This document shows positions 57,543 to 64,000 of a stretch of 64,000 bases of DNA, piece by piece; position 1 is the first letter of the stretch, and each line of letters opens with the position of its first letter. The stretch is from the NCBI GenBank assembly GCA_964551945.1, contig CAZKFH010000001.1:11036-75035 (forward strand), given 5' to 3'. A program made the position numbers and the translations under genes. Under the pieces are notes generated by a model. That model saw only the letters and a program-made list of their open reading frames with translations. It did not search any database and was not told the origin of the DNA. This DNA comes from an uncultured Actinomycetes bacterium. Lineage in GTDB: Bacteria; Actinomycetota; UBA4738; CALAEC01.

Positions 57543-59000
57543 CTACGGCGCCTGGATCTCCGGCCGGTAGTAGACGCGGACCACCTCGTCGATCACCGTG
57601 TCGCGGTTGCTGGCGTTCGCGCCCGCCTTGTACAGCGTCACGCCGGAGTCGAACACCATCGCGCCGGCCTGCTTCGTGACCGTCACGCTATCCCCCGTGC
57701 CGGACTCGCCGCACGGGTAGTACGCCAGTCCGGGCTGTCCGTAGGATAGCGTCCAGTTCGCCACTGGATTCACGGTGTCCACGTCGATCTCTAGGGAGAT
57801 CGCTCGAGCCGATGACGAGAGCGGAACTCGCTCGCTGAAGTGCGAGCAGGCGCCGCCACCGAAGGCGTGTGCCTGCGGGGTCTGGACCGAGCTTCGGGGC
57901 GTGTACTCGGCGCGATAGCTCCGGAGCGTGCGCTCGCCATAGACCGCGACGATGTACGCCTTGTACGGGAAGCTGGTCTGCGCGAAGTTGTTGCGGCCGA
58001 CCGTCAGGGTGACGGTGCCGGGCCCGACGTCTCTCGCCGCGACGCTATCGGTCCCGCGCCCCGCGTTCTCGGTCTGGCTGTTCGCTCCCTTGGCGATCTC
58101 GCTGCCGTCGAGTTGGAGGGTCGTGATCGGTGCGTCCGTCACCTGCTCCGGTGCCGCGTGACCATTGCGGATGGCGTCGTAGACCACGGGCTCGCTGAAC
58201 CCTTCGACGAACCCCATGACGCCGACGGCCTTCCGGGTGAGCGTGGCGCTGAACTGCCGGGCTTGGGAGAGGTCACCCTGGAAGGAGAACGCCTCCCAGT
58301 CCGCGTTGTTGAAGGTGAGCTCGCGCAGGTCCGTCTCGAAACGATGCGACGCCGGGACGGTGTCCTCACGTCGGATGTCGGTTAGTGACCAGGCGGGGAC
58401 CGGCTGAGGGAGCTCGACATAGGAGTTGCCATCGGTCGCCAGCCGGATCGTGGTGGGCGCGACGGGCCCCTGGGGAGGATCGACGTAGCCGATCCGGATC
58501 AGGAACTGCCTCGAGGACGCGGTCGACAGGGAACTGGGGGAGGTGACGGAACCCTCCCAGACGCCCGGCTGGACCTCGGTGGCCGGGGCGGACATCTGGA
58601 TGCCCTGCGAGAGGCTCGACATACCAACCTTGACCGTGTACGCGACCGGGATGTCGACTTCCATCTCGAGGTGGAACCGCAGGGGGTTTTGCGCGTTCCA
58701 GGAGACCGCTCCCTCCATGACTGAGTGGGGGTTGAAGGAGAACTGCCAGAAGCGCTCGCCCTCGGTCGTCACCCCTCCGTAGCAGGGCGACCAGTCAGCC
58801 ACGGCATAACCGCACGACCGGACCGACGTGCGGACGTTGGCGCCCTCCTCATCGGGGTCGAAGCTCCAGTAGCTGAACTTGCCGTCGTCCGTCAGGAAGT
58901 ACGCCCGCTGGTACGACGGGATGGCTTCGGGGGCGGCGCTGGCGGCGCTACCGGTGAGGATGGCGAGGAGCAGCGTGAGCTGAGCGAGCTTCGCGAGCAT
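57543..59000 (-). CDS. Secreted beta-rich hypothetical protein
   Basis: GGAGGG RBS before ATG 59000; signal peptide ending ASA; two Cys pairs. Confidence 0.65.
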   Translation of the reverse strand: MLAKLAQLTLLLAILTGSAASAAPEAIPSYQRAYFLTDDGKFSYWSFDPDEEGANVRTSVRSCGYAVADWSPCYGGVTTEGERFWQFSFNPHSVMEGAVSWNAQNPLRFHLEMEVDIPVAYTVKVGMSSLSQGIQMSAPATEVQPGVWEGSVTSPSSLSTASSRQFLIRIGYVDPPQGPVAPTTIRLATDGNSYVELPQPVPAWSLTDIRREDTVPASHRFETDLRELTFNNADWEAFSFQGDLSQARQFSATLTRKAVGVMGFVEGFSEPVVYDAIRNGHAAPEQVTDAPITTLQLDGSEIAKGANSQTENAGRGTDSVAARDVGPGTVTLTVGRNNFAQTSFPYKAYIVAVYGERTLRSYRAEYTPRSSVQTPQAHAFGGGACSHFSERVPLSSSARAISLEIDVDTVNPVANWTLSYGQPGLAYYPCGESGTGDSVTVTKQAGAMVFDSGVTLYKAGANASNRDTVIDEVVRVYYRPEIQAP

Positions 59001-59099
59001 GGATCCCTCCCGTGTTCGGCGGCTTGGTTCGCTTCCCTTTTCGGCGTTCCTTGCTCCGGGTCCTTCGTGCGAGTGCACAATTCGGACGCAGCGCGGGCG

Positions 59100-59681
59100 T
59101 TAGCTGAGGAGAGCCAGTCGGCGCTTGTTCGCCGAGTCGTCGATGAGCTGTGCAAGGCGTCGCTGTCTGGTCTCATCTCGTTTCGCGCTCATCACCCAGA
59201 ACGTCGCGTTCTTCCGGTAGCCCGGTGGTTGTGCCTGGAAGAAGGTCCATGCTTTCGTGTTGCCGCGGAACGTCTTGAGGTAGCCGCCTGAGAACCCCCG
59301 CTCGGCTTCCTCGTACGAGTACCCCGCCGGGCTGCGGTCGCGTCGCTCGAACGCCGCCAACCCGACCGGTTGCACGAGGCCGGCCTTCTTCAGCTCTCCG
59401 AACCGCTTGATGTTGATCTTGCTCCACGGGCTCCGGGCGGTCCGCGGCGAGAACCGCTGCATGTAGCTGAGGTCGTCGATGGTGCGAACCTTCCCGTCGA
59501 TCCACCCGAAGCAGAGCGCCTCGTCCAGACCTTCTTGGTAGGTGATGCCCTTCTTGGTGCTCGCCTTCTTGTGCATCCCGACCCAGATCTCGGTCTTGGA
59601 GGCGTGGTTCCGCTCGAGCCACGCGCGGAACTCCTTCTGCGAGCGGAAGAACCGCGGCTTCGGAGGGGAGTCTTGTCCCAT
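59100..59681 (-). CDS. YdeI/OmpD-associated family protein
   Basis: FRAWLE.NH, EALCFGWIDG, RFSPR...S.WS.IN, WVMSAKRDETR..RL. Confidence 0.9.
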   Translation of the reverse strand: MGQDSPPKPRFFRSQKEFRAWLERNHASKTEIWVGMHKKASTKKGITYQEGLDEALCFGWIDGKVRTIDDLSYMQRFSPRTARSPWSKINIKRFGELKKAGLVQPVGLAAFERRDRSPAGYSYEEAERGFSGGYLKTFRGNTKAWTFFQAQPPGYRKNATFWVMSAKRDETRQRRLAQLIDDSANKRRLALLS

Positions 59682-59682
59682 G

Positions 59683-59719
59683 CTGGTAGGGATAGTTACC
59701 AGACTGGTAGGGATAGCCA
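59683..59719. repeat. 21-bp-period direct repeat in the ydeI/thrS divergent region
   Basis: CTGGTAGGGATAG at 59683-59695 and 59704-59716. Confidence 0.75.
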
Positions 59720-59761
59720 CCACACCAGAGGGAGTCGCTCCGGAAGTACGATGGCCGTCTG

Positions 59762-61546
59762 ATGGCCGAGCAAGACGATCTCTACATCCTGAGGCACTCG
59801 ACCGCGCACGTTATGGCGCAGGCGGTGTGCGATCTGTGGCCGGGCGCGAAGTACGCGATCGGGCCGCCGATCCAGGACGGCTTCTACTACGACTTCGAGC
59901 TGCCCGAGCAGCTGACGCCCGAGGACCTCGAGAAGATCGAGAAGCGGATGCGGCACATCGTCAAGCAGGACCAGCCGTTCACCCGCGAGGAGGTCTCGCG
60001 CGAGGAGGGCCTGAAGCGGTTCGCAGACCAGCCCTACAAGAAGGAGATCATCGAGGGCGTCGAGGAAGAAGAGGGTGCCAAGGGCGACGCCGTCTCGATC
60101 TATAAGAACAACGGCTGGGAGGACCTGTGCCTCGGCCCCCACGTCGCCTCGACGAAGAAGCTCGGCGCGTTCAAGCTCATGTCGATCGCCGGCGCGTACT
60201 GGCGCGGCGACGAGCACAACCAGCAGCTCCAGCGGATCTACGGCACCGCGTGGCCGACGAAGGAGGAGCTCGCCGAGTACCTGCACCGCATCGAGGAAGC
60301 CGAGAAGCGGGACCACCGCAAGCTCGGCCCGCAGCTCGACCTGTTCTCCTGGCCGGAGGAGCTCGGTCCGGGCCTCGCGGTATGGCACCCGAAGGGAGGC
60401 CTGTTCCGCAAGGTCATCGAGGACTACCTGAAGGACCTGCACCTGCAGAGGGGCTACGAGATCGTCGCGACGCCGCATCTCGCGAAGTCGAACCTGTGGG
60501 AGACGTCCGGTCACCTCGAGAAGTACGCCGAGACGATGTACCCGCCGATGGAGCGGGAGCACGAGGGCGGCCAAACGGAGGCGTACTACGCCAAGCCCAT
60601 GAACTGCCCGTTCCACGTGCTGATCTACAAGTCGCAGACGCGCTCGTATCGCGACCTGCCGATGCGGCTCTCCGAGCTCGGCGCGGTGTACCGGTACGAG
60701 AAGGCGGGTGTGCTTCACGGGCTGCTCCGCGCGCGGGGGTTCACCCAGGACGACTCGCACATCATCTGCACGCCCGACCAGCTCGTGGACGAGGTGATCG
60801 GTGTGTTCGACCTCACCCTCGAGATCCTCGGCACGTTCGGGTTCGAAGGTCCGCGCATCGCTTTGTCGACCAAGCCCGGCGTCGCCATCGGGGACGAGGA
60901 GATGTGGGCGAAGGCCGAGGATGCGTTGCGGCAGGCGCTCGAGAAGAGCGGAGCTGAGTACGAGTTGGACGAAGGGGAGGGGGCGTTCTACGGCCCGAAG
61001 GTGGACTTCCACTTCAAGGACGCCATCGGCCGCAACTGGCAGCTCACGACCATCCAGGTCGACTTCGCGCTGCCCGACCGGTTCGAGATGGAGTATGCGG
61101 GCGAGGACAACGAGCGGCACCGCCCGGTGATGGTCCATCGCGCGATCCTCGGATCCATCGAGCGATTCAGCGGCGTGCTGATCGAGCACTACGCGGGCGC
61201 GTTCCCGCTCTGGCTCTCGCCGGAGCAGGTGCGCGTGATCCCGATCGCCGACCGTCACCACGAGCACGGCGAGACGCTGGTTGCTCGGCTGCGCGAGGAA
61301 GGGGTCCGCGCGCAGTCGGACGCGAGCAGCGAGACCCTCAACAAGCGGATCCGCGATGCGCAGATGCAGAAGGTGCCCTACGTCCTGGTGGCGGGAGACA
61401 AGGAGATCGAGGCCGGTTCGGTGTCGGTGCGCAATCGCGCCGGAGAGGAGAAGCGCGGGGTCCCCTTCGAGGCGTTCGTCACCCGTGTCGGCGCGGAGAA
61501 CGGAAGCAAGGCGCTCGAGACCGGCGATCTCGACGAGCTTGGGTAG
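59762..61546 (+). CDS. thrS: Threonyl-tRNA synthetase (no N-terminal TGS domain)
   Basis: RHSTAH, DLCLGPH, RDHRKLG, KPMNCP, RYE..G.L.GL.R.R.FTQDD, AFYGPK, HRAILGS.ERF. Confidence 0.97.
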   Translation: MAEQDDLYILRHSTAHVMAQAVCDLWPGAKYAIGPPIQDGFYYDFELPEQLTPEDLEKIEKRMRHIVKQDQPFTREEVSREEGLKRFADQPYKKEIIEGVEEEEGAKGDAVSIYKNNGWEDLCLGPHVASTKKLGAFKLMSIAGAYWRGDEHNQQLQRIYGTAWPTKEELAEYLHRIEEAEKRDHRKLGPQLDLFSWPEELGPGLAVWHPKGGLFRKVIEDYLKDLHLQRGYEIVATPHLAKSNLWETSGHLEKYAETMYPPMEREHEGGQTEAYYAKPMNCPFHVLIYKSQTRSYRDLPMRLSELGAVYRYEKAGVLHGLLRARGFTQDDSHIICTPDQLVDEVIGVFDLTLEILGTFGFEGPRIALSTKPGVAIGDEEMWAKAEDALRQALEKSGAEYELDEGEGAFYGPKVDFHFKDAIGRNWQLTTIQVDFALPDRFEMEYAGEDNERHRPVMVHRAILGSIERFSGVLIEHYAGAFPLWLSPEQVRVIPIADRHHEHGETLVARLREEGVRAQSDASSETLNKRIRDAQMQKVPYVLVAGDKEIEAGSVSVRNRAGEEKRGVPFEAFVTRVGAENGSKALETGDLDELG

Positions 61547-61549
61547 AGG

Positions 61550-61984
61550 ATGGAAGGATTCGTCCGCCATCACGGCGATGGGGAGGTCGCGAACCTCGGC
61601 GCGGTGATGATGCGCCTGGTCGTGTCGGCGAGGGACACGAACGGGGCGTTCTCGGTCGGGGAGTTCCGTGGAGCCGAGGGTGCCTGGACGATCCCGCACA
61701 TCCACCGAGAGCACGAGGAAGCCTTCCAGGTGCTGGAAGGCAGCTTCGACTTCCTGATGGGCGATCGTGAGGTCGAAGCCACGCAGGGGTCCTTCGTGCT
61801 GGTTCCGCGTGGGACCCCACACCTCATGCGGGCGCGCGCGGGCGGGGGTGCGCTTCTTACCCTGTGGGCCCCCGGCGGTCTCGAGGAGATGTTCCTCGAG
61901 CTCGGCCGTCTGCCGGCGGCAAGCATCACGGATCCCCAGGTTCGCGCGGAGATCTCGAAGCGCTACGACTCGGTGCCTGTCTGA
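61550..61984 (+). CDS. Cupin domain protein
   Basis: PHIH..HEEAF.VLEG, VPRGTPH, PGGLEEMF. Confidence 0.85.
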   Translation: MEGFVRHHGDGEVANLGAVMMRLVVSARDTNGAFSVGEFRGAEGAWTIPHIHREHEEAFQVLEGSFDFLMGDREVEATQGSFVLVPRGTPHLMRARAGGGALLTLWAPGGLEEMFLELGRLPAASITDPQVRAEISKRYDSVPV

Positions 61985-62018
61985 GGGTGCTGAATGCCTC
62001 GGGCGAGAAGGGTCGGCC

Positions 62019-62474
62019 ATGACGAGTGAGTACGTCGAGAAGAACGGGCGGGAGCTCGAGCGGATGCGCGCGCTGATCGATCGACTCAGCGACGGGGACC
62101 TCAACAGCCAGGTCAATGAGCATTGGACGGTGGCGGGCGTCCTCGGTCACATCGCTTTCTGGGACGGCCGAGCCCTTGCGCTCGGGGAGAAGCTCGAGCA
62201 GAGGATCGCGTTCACGCCGGACGACGACGAGCCCGAGGACGTCGACTGGATCAACGACGCGTCGCGAGCACTGATCCATGCGATCCCGCCGAGAGAGGGG
62301 GCTCAGCTCGCGCTACGCATCGCCGAGCGGACCGATGTGCTCATGGCCTCTCTTCCACCCGAGCGCATGTGGCCGCTTGACGAGGGGAGCCCCGTCAATC
62401 CCATTCGGGCGATCCACCGCGGCGAGCATCTCGACCAGATCGAGGCCGCTATATGGGCCAGGCGTAGCAGCTAA
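62019..62474 (+). CDS. DinB/MDMPI-like protein
   Basis: WTVAGVLGHIAFWD ... HRGEHLDQIE. Confidence 0.75.
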   Translation: MTSEYVEKNGRELERMRALIDRLSDGDLNSQVNEHWTVAGVLGHIAFWDGRALALGEKLEQRIAFTPDDDEPEDVDWINDASRALIHAIPPREGAQLALRIAERTDVLMASLPPERMWPLDEGSPVNPIRAIHRGEHLDQIEAAIWARRSS

Positions 62475-62483
62475 TGCAAGGCA

Positions 62484-63992
62484 TCACAGACCCGTCTCCG
62501 CGATCTCAGCTGGTGGCGTCTCGCGCAGTCCCAGCCCCCAGGCCAGAACATCTGCAGCGACGGTCGGCATGGGGATACCCAGCGTCATAGGCAGGGCGCA
62601 GTCGTACAGGGTCTGTGCCGCCGGCGGCATGCTCGAGGGCTCGGCACCGCCGGGTGACCTGTTATCGGCGAAGCAGACATTCGCGCCGGTACCGTCCCAC
62701 GCCAGGTCGTGCTCGATCGATTCAGAGACCGTGTTGCCGACCACCCGGTTGCCGTAGGCGGGGCCCGTGATGACGACGCCGAACGAGTGCCCAGAGATGG
62801 TGTTGTCCTCCACGACGTTGAACGATCCGCCCGCGATCCACACCCCAGCCCCGACGGGAAGGTCCAACGCTGCGAGCGGCACGTGCCGCGCGGTGCACCG
62901 CGGCGGCAGCTCGCGTACTTGGTGAACGGCCGGGGCTTCGAAGGTCCGGTTGAGGTTGTTCACGAAGGTGTTCCCGAAGACGTGCGACCCGCGCTGGGGG
63001 GCCGCCTCGCACGCGGTCGTCTTGACGGCGATCCCGACCCCGTTGTCTCGGAAGAGCGAGCCCTCGACAACCACTCCACCCGCGTTGGCGGCGGAGAGGC
63101 CGGCGAGGCTCTCTTCCACCGTCACATCGTGAACGTGGATGTCGCAATCAACGCATCGCTCGATCGAGATGCCCGCAACACTTGCCCCAGCCACGTGGAG
63201 CTCTCTGAGCCGCCCGAAGCGCGTCCCTTCGGCGCGCACGCCGTACAAGCCGAGGGGCTCGACGTCCACGTGCTGTGCGCCGAACCTATGGACCCCCTCC
63301 CATGAGACCGCTGCGAAGCTGCCTCCCCTGATCGTCAGCTTCTCGAGGAAGATCCCATCCAGCGAGGCGGAGAGCACAGATGATGCCGAGCTCTGAAGTA
63401 CGACGTCGCCGGGAGAGTCTCCTGTACCCCGGATCGTCAGCTCGAAGCCGGGGAAGCGCTCTCCCCGGCTGCCGCCGAGGAGAGCGGCTGCCGTGAGGTC
63501 CCAGCCTTCCGAGCTCTCATAGGTACCGGGAGCCAGATCCAGTCGGTAGCGCACGTTCGGGCTCAGGTCCGCAAGCGCCCCGTCGAGACTGGGCCACTCC
63601 GCAGTGGGGACCCGGCGAACCTCGAACCCGGTGGGAAGCGGCGGGGGATCACCGACCTTGATGACCCCGACCATGCCCCGGCCGCGTTTCGACCCGTCCG
63701 CCCTCACCCCATGGATACGGCAGTGATAGAAGAGCCATGAGTCCCCCATGGGGGCGGTGAACTGTGTCGTTTCGCCAGCCTGCAGGCTCCCGGAATCGAA
63801 GAGACCCGTGTCCTCGGTCACGGTGTGGTTCCCTTCGAGCACTCGCCACGAAACCGTGTCGCCGGGAGCGACCTCGATGACTCCCGGGTCGAAGACGTTG
63901 TTCTGGACGGTGACCTCGGTCGCGACCTGCCCGAGCGCGGGCGTGGCGGCGAGCACGAGGACCAGCACCGACGGAGCGACCTTCAGCCTCAT
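62484..63992 (-). CDS. Secreted cupredoxin plus right-handed beta-helix protein
   Basis: Signal peptide; HTVT...YHCRIHG...GMVGVI type-1 Cu ligands; repeated N..../GV.I beta-helix turns. Confidence 0.8.
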   Translation of the reverse strand: MRLKVAPSVLVLVLAATPALGQVATEVTVQNNVFDPGVIEVAPGDTVSWRVLEGNHTVTEDTGLFDSGSLQAGETTQFTAPMGDSWLFYHCRIHGVRADGSKRGRGMVGVIKVGDPPPLPTGFEVRRVPTAEWPSLDGALADLSPNVRYRLDLAPGTYESSEGWDLTAAALLGGSRGERFPGFELTIRGTGDSPGDVVLQSSASSVLSASLDGIFLEKLTIRGGSFAAVSWEGVHRFGAQHVDVEPLGLYGVRAEGTRFGRLRELHVAGASVAGISIERCVDCDIHVHDVTVEESLAGLSAANAGGVVVEGSLFRDNGVGIAVKTTACEAAPQRGSHVFGNTFVNNLNRTFEAPAVHQVRELPPRCTARHVPLAALDLPVGAGVWIAGGSFNVVEDNTISGHSFGVVITGPAYGNRVVGNTVSESIEHDLAWDGTGANVCFADNRSPGGAEPSSMPPAAQTLYDCALPMTLGIPMPTVAADVLAWGLGLRETPPAEIAETGL

Positions 63993-64000
63993 GTCAGTGC

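Noticed and set aside
59696-62116. 806-aa minus-strand ORF
   Set aside because: Antisense shadow of thrS and the cupin gene; typical of high-GC DNA and has no motifs

Overview
High-GC actinobacterial-type window with five blocks. (1) 1-4783 looks like a defence island: the 3' part of a DNA methyltransferase, an XRE-HTH/ImmA(IrrE)-type metallopeptidase fusion, and a divergent, translationally coupled three-gene operon. That operon encodes a SMODS/CD-NTase-like nucleotidyltransferase with a Gly-rich C-terminal tail, a stand-alone prokaryotic E2-like protein with a single Cys, and an unclassified single-TM protein. It resembles an E2-only CBASS variant with no recognisable E1, JAB or standard effector, and is the best candidate for an undescribed system. 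(2) 4901-18174 is a GntR-associated catabolic cluster (FAD monooxygenase, Hyi-like isomerase, IlvD/Edd dehydratase, FAH-family protein, beta-hydroxyacid dehydrogenase) divergent from a solute-binding protein and a four-domain fused ABC transporter. (3) 18369-36563 holds mixed accessory genes: ECF sigma/anti-sigma, LuxR-only and receiver-only proteins, a large S8/FG-GAP protease, an M20-GNAT-NSAR/OSBS trio, an aquaporin and tRNA-Val(CAC). (4) 36658-51315 is an aromatic amino-acid supraoperon (trpE-G-D-CF-B-A-aroF', then aroH-aroF-tyrA-aroA-aroE-aroC-aroKB-aroQ) with two leader-peptide attenuators that the ORF track does not resolve: a WWAW trp leader and a W/Y/F aro leader. (5) 51319-64000 has an AAA ATPase, MFS, Eis-like GNAT, secreted proteins, a GNAT remnant, thrS and a cupredoxin/beta-helix protein. 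All calls come from reading motifs by eye; no database searches or folding computations were run.
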